Positions 13,697 through 24,410 are shown, counted from the stretch's first letter. The stretch is DNA of 64,000 bases from an uncultured Flammeovirgaceae bacterium (GCA_913052485.1 CAJXDN010000002.1:82031-146030); one strand, 5' to 3'. Program-made: numbers and translations. The notes: generated from the sequence alone by a model not told the origin.

Positions 13697-14650
13697 TTAC
13701 TTCTCAATCCCTATCAATGGGTTATAACCATTTAACTTTTTTTTATATACACCAGAACCATCATATTCACGTACCCTCTGAGTTTTCGAGCAATCTTGAC
13801 AACAGCATCCTCTATACTTTTTTGCTCCTTTTTCACTTAAAGGGATGTGCTTATTACAAAGTGCGTTAGCGCAGTTTACCATTCTATCAGTTTTTTCACC
13901 AGTGACGTAACATTCTCCTATTGTAATTGGATTTACTTTATTTACATCTTTAACAATTCTATCATCAAAGACATAACATTTACCCTCAAAATTCTCCCCA
14001 CCCATCTCTAATCCATATTTAATAATTCCACCGTGAAGTTGGTATACATTTTTATACCCGTTATCCTTTAGAAAAGCACTAGCTTTCTCACATTTTACAC
14101 CTCCAGTGCAATAAGTTATAATTTTATTATCCTTATTTATACTCTTTTTTATTTCATCAATTTTATCTGGGAAATTTCTAAAATTATCGATATCTAAAGT
14201 TATGGCATTTTTAAATTTTCCGATATTATGTTCATAGTTTGATCTAACATCAAGAACAGTAATATTTTCTCGCTTTTTTTTAATTATTTTATTAAAATCA
14301 TCTGGAGTAATATAATCTCCTCTCTTTTTAATTAGACTTTTATCACTTAACCCTGAATTTACTATTTCCCCCTTAACCCTTACATTAATTTTATCAAATG
14401 TATTTCTATGATAATTCTCAACTTTAAAATCAATATCTGAAAACATTTCTTTTGTTTTTAACTCATCTATATATTTTTGGCAGTCAGTTTTAATACCTGA
14501 TACAGTCCCATTAATTCCTTCATTAGAAACTATAACTCTTCCACTAATATTATTTTTTATACAAAACAAATGGTGTTGCTTTTTAAATTTTCTTGGTGAA
14601 TTAATTTTTGTATAACAATAGAAAAGAAGTATTTGATATTGATTTTTCAT
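13697..14650 (-). CDS. trhO: rhodanese-domain protein, UPF0176/TrhO family (tRNA uridine-34 hydroxylase)
   Basis: The N-terminal ILLFYCYT pattern, the rhodanese active-site loop YCTGGVKCEKAS, and a Cys-rich C-terminus. Confidence 0.8.
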   Translation of the reverse strand: MKNQYQILLFYCYTKINSPRKFKKQHHLFCIKNNISGRVIVSNEGINGTVSGIKTDCQKYIDELKTKEMFSDIDFKVENYHRNTFDKINVRVKGEIVNSGLSDKSLIKKRGDYITPDDFNKIIKKKRENITVLDVRSNYEHNIGKFKNAITLDIDNFRNFPDKIDEIKKSINKDNKIITYCTGGVKCEKASAFLKDNGYKNVYQLHGGIIKYGLEMGGENFEGKCYVFDDRIVKDVNKVNPITIGECYVTGEKTDRMVNCANALCNKHIPLSEKGAKKYRGCCCQDCSKTQRVREYDGSGVYKKKLNGYNPLIGIEK

Positions 14651-15468
14651 ATCAATCCCCTTTCATTAAGAATTAGTTCCATTTGGTTTTTATAAATTAA
14701 CGCCTTTTCTCTAATATTTGACTCAAATGAGGTTGATGAATCAGCATAAATTATATCCCTTGAAACGTTAACAATTATTCCGCAATTATTGTTCATTGAA
14801 TGAGAGGAAATTTCTTTTAAATTTCCACCCTGGGCTCCTACTCCAGGAATAAGAATAAAGTTTTTAGGAATAATTTTTCTTATTTCCCTTATTTCATCAA
14901 TTCTATTTGCTCCAACTACGTACATGGTATTCATTTCATCAGACCATCTCAATGAATCTTTAATCACATGGCTGTATAACTTTTCATTTTCTGAGTTAGT
15001 ATAATGTTGAATATTAGTTGAACTTTTATTTGAGGTTAGAGTAAGTAAAATAATCCATTTTTTATCGTATTCCAGAAATGGTTTAGATGTGTCCTCTCCC
15101 ATATATGGCGATAAAGTAACAGCATCAAAGTTATAAGTTTCAAAAAAGGTCTTTGCATACATCCTAGATGTATTACCAATATCTCCTCTCTTGGCATCGG
15201 CAATTTTAAAAATATTTTTAGGTATATATTCTAATGTCTTACTTAGAGAAGATAAACCACTTGGACCCATTGATTCATAAAAAGCAATATTAGGTTTGTA
15301 TGCAATAACTAGATCTTTTGTTGCATCTATGACCCTTTTATTAAACTCAAATATAGGATCCTCCATATCCTTTAAATATTCAGGTATTTTATCTAAATCA
15401 GAGTCTAGACCAATACATAGGTATGATCTCTTATTTTTAATTTCATCTACAATTTCAGTAAACTTCAT
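14647..15468 (-). CDS. pyrF: orotidine 5'-phosphate decarboxylase (long, type 2 form)
   Basis: LCIGLDSD, the DAKRGDIGNT catalytic motif, and 273 aa in length. Confidence 0.85.
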   Translation of the reverse strand: MKFTEIVDEIKNKRSYLCIGLDSDLDKIPEYLKDMEDPIFEFNKRVIDATKDLVIAYKPNIAFYESMGPSGLSSLSKTLEYIPKNIFKIADAKRGDIGNTSRMYAKTFFETYNFDAVTLSPYMGEDTSKPFLEYDKKWIILLTLTSNKSSTNIQHYTNSENEKLYSHVIKDSLRWSDEMNTMYVVGANRIDEIREIRKIIPKNFILIPGVGAQGGNLKEISSHSMNNNCGIIVNVSRDIIYADSSTSFESNIREKALIYKNQMELILNERGLI

Positions 15469-15470
15469 TT

Positions 15471-16097
15471 TTATCTAAAATCAATTACCTCAATATCAGG
15501 ATAACTATCTATATTGAAGGTAAAAAGAGAATTATCTAATTCCTCTTCTAAAAAATCATCTATTGAATAGATAAAAATACTATTTGATTTATCATGAACA
15601 GTAAAGCTACTAAGGCTGTAATCATTATGAATACTAAATGATATCTTAAAATAAGGTTTACCTTCATCTTCAGGGTAAATTTCAACAGTATTTATACCAT
15701 CTTTATTTCCAATAAGTTTATGTCTGAAACCTTCCTTATATACTTCGAATACATTATTGATAGAAATATCTTGTTCCGATGGATCAAAGTCAGAAATTGT
15801 TACCTCATTTAACTCTTCAAGATAAGTCCAAACTGTTTTTGAATCATTAATTATTTTTTGACCTTCAATAAATAAAACATATTTATCATCTTTTACTGAT
15901 ATTTTTCCAGAGAATGAATCAGAGATATCTTCAGTAAGATTTTTCATTGTATATGTGAAAGAAGAAGTAAATCCCTTCATTTTTTTATATTTATCACTCA
16001 TAGAATCTAACATTTCAAGGGCATCTTTTCCCACCTGAGAATAAGCTGAATTAATAGATACAGAAAGTATAATAAATAATAAAAAAATATTTTTCAT
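15471..16097 (-). CDS. LolA-like outer-membrane lipoprotein carrier protein
   Basis: Signal peptide, then a LolA-like pattern (FSGKISVKDDKYVLFIEGQKIINDSKTVWTY...NEVTI). It sits in the conserved position directly downstream of ftsK. Confidence 0.65.
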   Translation of the reverse strand: MKNIFLLFIILSVSINSAYSQVGKDALEMLDSMSDKYKKMKGFTSSFTYTMKNLTEDISDSFSGKISVKDDKYVLFIEGQKIINDSKTVWTYLEELNEVTISDFDPSEQDISINNVFEVYKEGFRHKLIGNKDGINTVEIYPEDEGKPYFKISFSIHNDYSLSSFTVHDKSNSIFIYSIDDFLEEELDNSLFTFNIDSYPDIEVIDFR

Positions 16098-16151
16098 GTC
16101 TAAATCTAACCTAATTAATAATTTTAAGTAAATCTAAATCGTTAAGTAATG

Positions 16152-18515
16152 TTAACCTAAATCATTAAGTAATTTTTCTAAACTATATTCATCTTGAATT
16201 AAAACTTGTCTCGGTTTACTCCCTTCCGAGGCACCCACTATACCCGCAACTTCTAGTTGATCGGTCAATCTTCCAGCTCTATTGTAACCAAGCTTCAATT
16301 TTCTTTGTAGCAGAGATGTGCTCCCAGTTTGTGATGAGACTACTAATCTTGCAGCATCTTCAAACAAAGGATCTCTATCTGAGAGATCAATATCAGCTAT
16401 CTGTTTTTCATTCTCATCAATATACTCAGGCAGAAGATATGCAGAAACATAACCTCTTTGATTACCGATCAATTCACAAATTCTCTCAATTTCAGGGGTA
16501 TCAACAAATGGACATTGTAGTCTTATAATATCAGAACCTGAAGAGAAAAGCATATCCCCCATACCTACAAGTTGTTCAGCTCCCTTAGTATCTAATATGG
16601 TCCTTGAGTCCATGTTTGAGGTAACTTTAAATGATAATCTGGTAGGAAAATTGGCTTTTATCACACCAGTTATCACATTTACTGATGGCCTTTGAGTTGC
16701 AACAATTAAATGAATCCCTATAGCTCTGGCAAGTTGCGCTAATCTTGCAATTGGTGTCTCAATTTCTTTTCCTGCTGTCATCATAAGATCCGCTAACTCA
16801 TCAATTACCAAAACAATATAGGGTAAATACCTATGCCCTTCATTAGGATTTAATTTTCTATTAATAAATTTCCTGTTGTATTCTTTTAAGTTTCTAGCCT
16901 GAGCATCTTTCAATAAATTGTATCTCACATCCATCTCCGTACATAATGAATTTAGGGTATGTACTACTTTTTTTGTTTCTGTAATTATAGGTTCCTCAGT
17001 GTCTGGCAATTTCGCTAAAAAATGTTTTTCTATTCTATTAAATAATGATAACTCAACTTTTTTTGGATCAATCAAAACGAATTTTAATATTGAAGGGTGT
17101 TTTTTATATAACAATGATGCTAACATAACATTCAATCCAACTGATTTCCCCTGACCTGTAGCACCTGCTACAAGTATATGAGGCATCTTTGTCAAGTCTG
17201 CCAGAAAAACCTCATTTGATATTGTTTTTCCTAATATCAAGGGGAGCTCATAGTCACATTTAATAAATTTTTCAGTACTCATTACAGACCTAAGACTTAC
17301 TACCTCTCTGTTTTTATTTGGTACTTCAATCCCAATTGTTCCCTTCCCAGGAATTGGAGCAATTATTCTTATTCCAAGAGCTGAAAGACTTAATGCGATA
17401 TCATCTTCTAGATTTTTAATTTTAGATATTTTTACTCCAGCCTCAGGAACAATTTCATATAGAGTGACTGTAGGTCCAATTGTTGCCTTAATTTTTGCAA
17501 TTTCAATTTTAAAGTTTTTTAATGTCTCAATTATCCTGTTTTTATTAGTAGTTAGCTCATCTTTTGAAACTTGTATTTTTTTATTAGTTGTATCATTTAA
17601 TAAATCAACCTTTGGATATTTATAATTGGATAGATCTAATTCAGGGTCATACACGTCACTGATAAGGTTTGATGATTTTTTTTCATCAACTCCTTTTTCT
17701 ACCTTCAAATGTATTTTTTCATTTTCTATACTTTCTTTATTTTCTTCTACCTCATCATCACTTAAAACGCTATCATCATGAGTATATGTATCTTCATCTT
17801 CCTGAAAATCCTCATCTTCAAACTGGTCTTCACCTATCTCATCATTTTTATCATCCTTATCAATTTCTTCACTTGAGATTTCCTGTGATGACTCATCAAC
17901 CAGACTTGAATCATTATTTTTATTAAATCTAATAGATGAAATGGCGTATATATTGTAGAAAAAAATAACAAATAAAAATAGTACCAGTATAAGTACAATT
18001 ATTGAAGATACCCCTAATAAATTATTTAGAAATAGAGATAAGTTATAACCAATACCACCGGTATAATTAGTAAGAATATAGTTTTCAGGAAATATATTGA
18101 GGAAAAAACCCATAATTGAGGATATCCACATAATACCAAAAAAAGTGAAAATAGAAATTCTGGATAAAGAGTATAATCTTGAACCAAAAAGTAGTCTAAA
18201 AGAAATGACAAATAATAGAGGAACTATTAAAAAAGAAGAAATTCCAAAACCTATAAAAATTAGATAGTAAGATAAAAATGCACCAACAATACCTAGCCAA
18301 TTTTCTGATTCTTCACCCAGAGCTGAGAATGATAATCCAGAATCTATCAGACTTTGATCCGCGTTACCAGTGAAAAAATATGAAAGTAGAGATAGGAATA
18401 TAATTATGGATAATGCTAGAGAGATAGCTCCCAAAGAGATTTTAAATTTTTCAATAATACTCTTTTTACTATCCTCTTCCTCGTAGTAATCTTTATTATA
18501 TGAACTCTCTACCAT
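16152..18515 (-). CDS. ftsK: DNA translocase FtsK/SpoIIIE
   Basis: N-terminal multi-TM region, a long acidic linker, a motor domain with Walker A GATGQGKS, and a C-terminal gamma winged helix (LLQRKLKLGYNRAGRL). Confidence 0.93.
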   Translation of the reverse strand: MVESSYNKDYYEEEDSKKSIIEKFKISLGAISLALSIIIFLSLLSYFFTGNADQSLIDSGLSFSALGEESENWLGIVGAFLSYYLIFIGFGISSFLIVPLLFVISFRLLFGSRLYSLSRISIFTFFGIMWISSIMGFFLNIFPENYILTNYTGGIGYNLSLFLNNLLGVSSIIVLILVLFLFVIFFYNIYAISSIRFNKNNDSSLVDESSQEISSEEIDKDDKNDEIGEDQFEDEDFQEDEDTYTHDDSVLSDDEVEENKESIENEKIHLKVEKGVDEKKSSNLISDVYDPELDLSNYKYPKVDLLNDTTNKKIQVSKDELTTNKNRIIETLKNFKIEIAKIKATIGPTVTLYEIVPEAGVKISKIKNLEDDIALSLSALGIRIIAPIPGKGTIGIEVPNKNREVVSLRSVMSTEKFIKCDYELPLILGKTISNEVFLADLTKMPHILVAGATGQGKSVGLNVMLASLLYKKHPSILKFVLIDPKKVELSLFNRIEKHFLAKLPDTEEPIITETKKVVHTLNSLCTEMDVRYNLLKDAQARNLKEYNRKFINRKLNPNEGHRYLPYIVLVIDELADLMMTAGKEIETPIARLAQLARAIGIHLIVATQRPSVNVITGVIKANFPTRLSFKVTSNMDSRTILDTKGAEQLVGMGDMLFSSGSDIIRLQCPFVDTPEIERICELIGNQRGYVSAYLLPEYIDENEKQIADIDLSDRDPLFEDAARLVVSSQTGSTSLLQRKLKLGYNRAGRLTDQLEVAGIVGASEGSKPRQVLIQDEYSLEKLLNDLG

Positions 18516-18538
18516 CTATCAAATTTAATAATACATAA

Positions 18539-19582
18539 TTATTTAACGATTCTCTTTTCTAATTTTAATAGCGAGTTATTTATAGTTTTTACCATAGATG
18601 GTCCCTCATATATCCAACCTGTGTAGACCTGAATTAGATCAGCTCCTGATTCTATTTTTTTAATGACGTCATCTACATTGTAAACTCCTCCAACTCCAAT
18701 AATCACAAATTTATCATCGGATTTTTTTCTTAAATATTTTATAATAGAGTTTGATTTAGTAGCAAGAGGTTTTCCACTTAATCCCCCATCCCCTATTTTC
18801 TTTAGTTTTTTTGTTTTTAATCCAGACCTAGATATTGTTGTATTTGTGGCAATAATTCCATCAATTTTATACTTTTTTGATATTTCAAGAATATCATCAA
18901 TCTCTTTAAAAGATAGATCAGGTGCAATTTTAATAAAAATTGGGACTAAATTCTTTTGGGAATTATTTTCAATCTGAATTTTATTCAAAATAACACTAAG
19001 ACTACCTTTACTCTGAAGTTTTCTCAGGTTTGGAGTATTTGGAGAACTTATATTAATTACAAAATAATCAACATGATCCCTTAGTTTCTTAAAACATATA
19101 AGGTAATCATCTACGGCTCTGTCATTTGGTGTCATCTTATTCTTTCCAATATTTGCACCAATAACTATTTTTCCCTTATAAGATTTGATCCTAGCGGCAA
19201 TTTTTTCGATTCCATCATTATTAAAACCCATCCTATTTATAAGAGATTTATCTTTTGGTAATCTAAAAAGTCTTGGCTTTGGATTACCGTCTTGCGGAAG
19301 TGGGGTTATTGTCCCTACTTCGACATGACTAAAACCAAAATATTCCATCTCGTATAGTAATTCTGCATTTTTATCAAATCCAGCGGCTAATCCAATTCTA
19401 TTTTTAAATGTTTTACCTATGATATTTATCTCTAAGTTTTTATTATGTAATTGAAAAAGTTTCTTGGAGAGGAATTTAACAAAAGGAATTTTAAATAATA
19501 TCTTGATCGAAAGAAAGGAAAAATTATGAATAAACTCAGGCCTGAAGGAGAAAAGTATAGGACGAAATAATTTCTTATACAT
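18539..19582 (-). CDS. pyrD: dihydroorotate dehydrogenase (quinone), class 2
   Basis: GFDKN, GFNNDG, NISSPNTPNLR, and the N-terminal membrane-association extension. Confidence 0.9.
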   Translation of the reverse strand: MYKKLFRPILFSFRPEFIHNFSFLSIKILFKIPFVKFLSKKLFQLHNKNLEINIIGKTFKNRIGLAAGFDKNAELLYEMEYFGFSHVEVGTITPLPQDGNPKPRLFRLPKDKSLINRMGFNNDGIEKIAARIKSYKGKIVIGANIGKNKMTPNDRAVDDYLICFKKLRDHVDYFVINISSPNTPNLRKLQSKGSLSVILNKIQIENNSQKNLVPIFIKIAPDLSFKEIDDILEISKKYKIDGIIATNTTISRSGLKTKKLKKIGDGGLSGKPLATKSNSIIKYLRKKSDDKFVIIGVGGVYNVDDVIKKIESGADLIQVYTGWIYEGPSMVKTINNSLLKLEKRIVK

Positions 19583-19603
19583 AATACAAATATAACCATA
19601 GAA

Positions 19604-20503
19604 TTAACTCCTTGGATGAAATTTGTTTACTACTTCTCTTAAATACTCCCTATTTAAATGAGTATATATCTCAGTTGTCGTTATAGACTCATGACCTAAC
19701 ATTTCTTGGACAGCTCTTAGATCAGCACCTCCTTCAATCATGTGAGTTGCAAAAGAGTGCCTAAAGGTATGAGGACTAATTTTTTTCTTTAATAAAATTT
19801 TATCTGAAATATTTTTAATAATTATAAAAATCATAGTTCTTGATATTTTTGATCCTCTACGGTTCAAAAATAAATACCCCTCATTACCAGGTTTTACCTT
19901 GATATTATTTCTGAATCGTTCATTATATAACTTAATATATTTAATTGCCGATTTACCAATCGGGACAAGTCTTTCTTTTGATGACTTCCCAAGGACTTTA
20001 ATAAATCCAATATCCAAGAATAAATTTTGATAAGTTATATTTATTAGTTCCGATACCCTCAAACCACAACTATATAAAGTTTCAATTATGGCTCTATTTC
20101 TTAAACCTTCAAAGTTATCAATATTAATTGAGGACAACATTTTTTCAATATCTTCGATATTTAATGTGTCTGGAAGCTTTTTTGATAATTTAGGAGACTC
20201 AATTAATTCAGTCGGATTAATATCAATTTTTTCCTCTAATAATAGATATCCAAAAAATGATTTTATACCAGAAACAACTCTAGCCTGTGAGTATGTTGAC
20301 TTGCCTGACTGATAAAAGTTTTCTAAGAAATCCCTAATTAGAGATGAATCTATATCAGAATATTTTAATCCACCTAAATTTTTAGATTTTAGAAAAACAA
20401 TAAAATTATTAATATCGTTTATATATGCCGAGACTGAATTGTCTGAAAGTGACCTTTCTAACTTAAGATAGTTTTTAAACTCAATTATATCATGTTCCCA
20501 CAT
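19604..20503 (-). CDS. xerD: site-specific tyrosine recombinase XerD-like
   Basis: The phage-integrase fold catalytic pattern (GLRVSEL, HTFRHSFATHM, GHESITTTEIYTH). The context is housekeeping: next to aroQ, and ftsK lies nearby. Confidence 0.8.
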   Translation of the reverse strand: MWEHDIIEFKNYLKLERSLSDNSVSAYINDINNFIVFLKSKNLGGLKYSDIDSSLIRDFLENFYQSGKSTYSQARVVSGIKSFFGYLLLEEKIDINPTELIESPKLSKKLPDTLNIEDIEKMLSSINIDNFEGLRNRAIIETLYSCGLRVSELINITYQNLFLDIGFIKVLGKSSKERLVPIGKSAIKYIKLYNERFRNNIKVKPGNEGYLFLNRRGSKISRTMIFIIIKNISDKILLKKKISPHTFRHSFATHMIEGGADLRAVQEMLGHESITTTEIYTHLNREYLREVVNKFHPRS

Positions 20504-20536
20504 AAAATCTTATTTTTAAGCTAAATTTATATAATC

Positions 20537-20962
20537 ATGAAGTTAATTATAATAAATGGTCCAAATTTAAATTTGATTGGGATAAGAGAAAAAAAAATCT
20601 ATGGTGATATATCTTTTGAGACATATTATGAGAGCTTATTAAAAAAATTTGAAAAAATTAAGTTAGAATACTTTCAGTCAAATCATGAGGGAGAGTTAAT
20701 TGAGAAAATTCAGGAGGTTGGATTTAAATATGATGGAATAATAATAAATGCTGGGGGATTTACTCATACATCCGTGGCATTAAGAGATGCAATCGCATCT
20801 GTTGACACACCTGCAATTGAAGTACACATTAGTAATATTTTGTCCAGAGAAGATTTTAGAAAAAAAAGTTTTTTAAGCGATGTGTGTACTGGCATTATTT
20901 CTGGCTTGGGCCTGATAGGATATGAAGCTGCTATAAAATACTTCATTGAAAAGAATGATTAA
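20537..20962 (+). CDS. aroQ: type II 3-dehydroquinate dehydratase
   Basis: IINGPNLNLIGIRE..IYG, and the INAGGFTHTSVALRDA and EVHISNI motifs. Confidence 0.92.
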   Translation: MKLIIINGPNLNLIGIREKKIYGDISFETYYESLLKKFEKIKLEYFQSNHEGELIEKIQEVGFKYDGIIINAGGFTHTSVALRDAIASVDTPAIEVHISNILSREDFRKKSFLSDVCTGIISGLGLIGYEAAIKYFIEKND

Positions 20963-21410
20963 AATATATACTGATGGATCTAGCAGAGGAAACCCCGGTC
21001 CAGGAGGATATGGAATAGTGTTACTATATAAGGATAATCGAAAAGAAATTAGTCAGGGCTATAAATTGACAACTAATAATAGGATGGAATTAACAGCTGT
21101 TATCAAAGCACTTGAGGCTATTAAAAACGATAAGATAGAAATAAAAATTTATTCTGATTCAAAATATGTGGTTGAGTCTATAGAAAAAGGATGGATTTGG
21201 AATTGGGAAAAGAAAAATTTTAAAAAAAAATTAAATTCAGATCTCTGGAAAGTATTAATCCCTTTATATAAAAAGTTTAATGTAAAATTTGAATGGGTCA
21301 AAGGACATGCAGGAAATATAGAGAATGAACGGTGTGATGAGCTTGCTAATCTTGCACAGGAGAGGGAACTTATTGACGATGTCGGTTATCTAAAAGTTTT
21401 AGGTAACTGA
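20955..21410 (+). CDS. rnhA: ribonuclease HI
   Basis: IYTDGSSRGNPGPGGYG, TNNRMEL, DSKYV, and WVKGHAGN..NERCDELA. I prefer ATG 20955, which overlaps the aroQ stop, to the TTG 20946 of the track. Confidence 0.92.
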   Translation: MIKIYTDGSSRGNPGPGGYGIVLLYKDNRKEISQGYKLTTNNRMELTAVIKALEAIKNDKIEIKIYSDSKYVVESIEKGWIWNWEKKNFKKKLNSDLWKVLIPLYKKFNVKFEWVKGHAGNIENERCDELANLAQERELIDDVGYLKVLGN

Positions 21411-22130
21411 AAAAGCTGCTCCAATTATTCCTGAATTATTTCTATTTTTTGCAGGTATAATCTTACAATTTGAGATGAGGTCAGATTCAAATTCATGGAA
21501 ATATTTACTTATTCCACCTCCAAATACTATAACATTAGGTGATACTAATAATTCGATGTAATGAATATATTCACTAAATCGAGCAGCCCACTCCTTCCAG
21601 GTTAAATTAAGTTTTTTTCTTGCAAGATTGGATGCATATTTTTCTGCGCAATCACCATACATTTTAAGATGACCAAACTCAATATTTGGCACAAGTTTTC
21701 CATCTACAAAGATAGAGGTTCCGAGACCTGTTCCAACAGTAATTATCATCACAGTACCTTTCTTCGGAATTTTATTATTTAAGTTGATTTCAGATAGTCC
21801 TGCCGCATCTGCATCATTAATAGCTCTACATTCTAAATTGAATTTATTCAAAAATTTTTTTTTGATATTTACGCCAATCCATTTTTTACTAATATTAGCT
21901 GCCGAATAAACTTTATTCTTCTTGACTATGCCAGGAAAACCACAACCAACTTTACCATTCCATTTTAATTCTTCTATAAAATTAGTAGCTATTCCGTCAA
22001 AAATTTTTTTGGGAGAACCATTCTCTGGGGTTTGGAATCTAATCTTATCAGATAATAATTCACCTTTATCGGTATCAACTAAAGCAGCCTTAACTCCAGA
22101 TCCACCAATATCAATTCCAAGTATTTCCAT
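21399..22130 (-). CDS. ppgK: ROK-family polyphosphate/ATP glucokinase
   Basis: GIDIGGSGVKAALVD N-terminal ATPase motif. The short (243 aa) PPGK-like ROK architecture lacks the Cys zinc motif. Confidence 0.7.
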   Translation of the reverse strand: MEILGIDIGGSGVKAALVDTDKGELLSDKIRFQTPENGSPKKIFDGIATNFIEELKWNGKVGCGFPGIVKKNKVYSAANISKKWIGVNIKKKFLNKFNLECRAINDADAAGLSEINLNNKIPKKGTVMIITVGTGLGTSIFVDGKLVPNIEFGHLKMYGDCAEKYASNLARKKLNLTWKEWAARFSEYIHYIELLVSPNVIVFGGGISKYFHEFESDLISNCKIIPAKNRNNSGIIGAAFSVT

Positions 22131-24346
22131 TATTTAATAACTTCTAATTTAGCAAAATTTAATAGTAAAGTTTTTTCTCCTGCATCTTTAAAATTAATAA
22201 TTGCTTTTTTTTGATTTGAATTTAAATCTATCTTTTTTATTATGCCAATACCAAAAATTTGATGTCTAACACGCATACCCTCCCTTAAATCATTTATCTC
22301 ACTTTGGGTTATGATATTTTTATTATTAATTAATTTATTTATTGGAGAAAGGTTTCTTTTTTTCTCTTTCAAAACATTTGAAACTAATGATCTATTAGTA
22401 TTAAATGTTTCACTATCTAAGTATGCAGGACTTATTTCCTTTATAAATCTACTTCTCTCACAGTCTTTGAGCATACCATACCTATATCTTGTGCTAGAAT
22501 AAGTGAGGTATAATTTTTTCATAGCTCTAGTTATTGCAACGTAAAATAATCTCCTTTCCTCTTCAAGATCCTCACGAGAAGATATCATCATCTGTGATGG
22601 GAAGAGATCTTCCTCTACCCCCACAATAAAAACAACTGGAAATTCAAGACCCTTTGCCATATGAATAGTCATCAATGATATAAACTCTTCGTCTTTATCC
22701 AGGTCTTTATCCAGGTCTGTCAATAATGAAATTTCTTGGAGAAAATTTTCTAATCTTTTATCTTCATTATCTTCATTATCAATAAATTCCTTAATTGAAT
22801 TTAAAAGTTCCTGAACATTTTCAAATCTACTTATTCCCTCAACACTTCTATCGTCCCAAAGCTCTTTTAATAGACCTGAATTAGAGGCAATATGTGAAGC
22901 TGATGTGTATGCATCATTATTATTTAAAAAATTTGAAAATGATATTATTAAATCTCTAAATGGACCTAATAGGTTATGTATTCTTGGTCCAAGTAATTCA
23001 GATGACCTCTCAATAACATTCCATAAACTTAAGTTTTCCTTATTAGAAATAGTTATAATTTTATCAACTGATGTTTGACCTATTCCTCTTCTTGGGTAAT
23101 TAATAATTCTCCTGAATGATTGTTCATCATTTTGATTTATCGAAAATCTTAGATAGGCAAGCAGATCCTTGACTTCCTTTCTCTGATAAAATGAAACTCC
23201 ACCAAAAACTTTATATTTCAATCCTATTCTTCTCAATGCCTCCTCAATAGATCTTGATTGGCTATTTGTTCTATATAATACAGCAAAGTTAGAATTAGTT
23301 AACTGATTCCTATTTTTTTCTTCAAAAATTAAATTTGATACTATTTTACCCTCTTCATTATCTGAAAAAGATTTTTTAATAGAAATTAATTCTCCATCCT
23401 CATTTTCAGTCCATACCTCTTTACTTATTTTAGATTTATTTTTTTCAATAACTGAGTTAGCTGCATTAACAATATTTTTGGTGGATCTATAATTTTGCTC
23501 AAGCTTAATTATATTCAACTCATCAAAATCATCTTCAAACTTTAGTATGTTTCTTATCTCTGCACCTCTAAATGCATAAATTGATTGAGCATCATCCCCA
23601 ACTACAAATATATTTCTGCTAACGGATGCCAATCTTTTTGTAATTAAATATTGACAGTAATTGGTATCTTGAAACTCATCTATGAGGACATGCTGAAAAA
23701 GTTGTTGATATTTATTAAGTGTATCAATATGCTCTGCAAATAAAATATTTGTATTGTATAATAAATCATCAAAATCCATTGCTTGAGATTTAAAACATCT
23801 CTTTGAATAAATTTTATATATATCACCAATCATTGGTTTTAGTGAAGCTGAATCTTCTTCTTGAAGAATAGGATTATTTTTATATTCTAAAGGAGAAATC
23901 AATTTATTCTTCGCATTTGATATTCTATTAAAAACATAATTCTCTTTATATAGTTTTGGGTCAAGATTTAATTCCTTGACAATTGACTTAATAAGTAATT
24001 TAGAGTCCTGGGTATCATAAATTACAAAATTTGGAGGATAACCTAATTTGTGTCCCTCAGACCTTAAAATTCTTGCAAAAATAGAATGAAATGTGCCCAT
24101 CCATAGACTCCTTGCATCAGTACCTACTATTTTTTCAATTCTTTTTTTCATCTCTTTAGCAGCTTTATTTGTAAATGTCAAAGCTAAAATTGAGAAAGGA
24201 TCTGTTCCTTCCTTAATAAGATGCGCTATTCTATAAGTTAAAACTCTTGTTTTGCCAGACCCAGCTCCAGCTATAACTAAACATGGACCGATCTTATGAA
24301 GAACAGCTTTTTTTTGATTAGCATTAAGGTCATCCAAATAATTCAT
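22130..24346 (-). CDS. ATP-dependent DNA helicase, UvrD/Rep/PcrA (SF1) family
   Basis: Walker A AGAGSGKT, FTNKAAKEM, VLIDEFQDTN, GDDAQSIYAFRGA, and YRS; 738 aa. Confidence 0.9.
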   Translation of the reverse strand: MNYLDDLNANQKKAVLHKIGPCLVIAGAGSGKTRVLTYRIAHLIKEGTDPFSILALTFTNKAAKEMKKRIEKIVGTDARSLWMGTFHSIFARILRSEGHKLGYPPNFVIYDTQDSKLLIKSIVKELNLDPKLYKENYVFNRISNAKNKLISPLEYKNNPILQEEDSASLKPMIGDIYKIYSKRCFKSQAMDFDDLLYNTNILFAEHIDTLNKYQQLFQHVLIDEFQDTNYCQYLITKRLASVSRNIFVVGDDAQSIYAFRGAEIRNILKFEDDFDELNIIKLEQNYRSTKNIVNAANSVIEKNKSKISKEVWTENEDGELISIKKSFSDNEEGKIVSNLIFEEKNRNQLTNSNFAVLYRTNSQSRSIEEALRRIGLKYKVFGGVSFYQRKEVKDLLAYLRFSINQNDEQSFRRIINYPRRGIGQTSVDKIITISNKENLSLWNVIERSSELLGPRIHNLLGPFRDLIISFSNFLNNNDAYTSASHIASNSGLLKELWDDRSVEGISRFENVQELLNSIKEFIDNEDNEDKRLENFLQEISLLTDLDKDLDKDEEFISLMTIHMAKGLEFPVVFIVGVEEDLFPSQMMISSREDLEEERRLFYVAITRAMKKLYLTYSSTRYRYGMLKDCERSRFIKEISPAYLDSETFNTNRSLVSNVLKEKKRNLSPINKLINNKNIITQSEINDLREGMRVRHQIFGIGIIKKIDLNSNQKKAIINFKDAGEKTLLLNFAKLEVIK

Positions 24347-24393
24347 AAATAATAAGTAGATGAATCTAATACTTAATTGATGAAAAAATTACT

Positions 24394-24401
24394 TAGTTTT
24401 G
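24394..24401 (+). promoter_or_regulatory. candidate -7 promoter box (TAGTTTTG) for the DUF4290-murA pair
   Basis: Exact TAnnTTTG match ending 9 nt before ATG 24411. This would imply a very short leader. Confidence 0.3.
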
Positions 24402-24410
24402 AAAAAAATT

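Noticed and set aside
19604-20503. Tyrosine recombinase as a possible integrase marking a mobile element.
   Set aside because: It has the size and motifs of chromosomal XerD. It sits in conserved housekeeping synteny (aroQ on one side, pyrD and ftsK on the other). There are no flanking repeats, tRNA target or cargo genes.
22691-22719. In-frame 12-nt tandem duplication (GTCTTTATCCAG x2 plus a partial copy) inside the UvrD-like helicase, encoding DLDKDLDK.
   Set aside because: It is a small slippage-type duplication in a variable acidic linker of the protein. The reading frame is preserved and there is no indication of phase variation.
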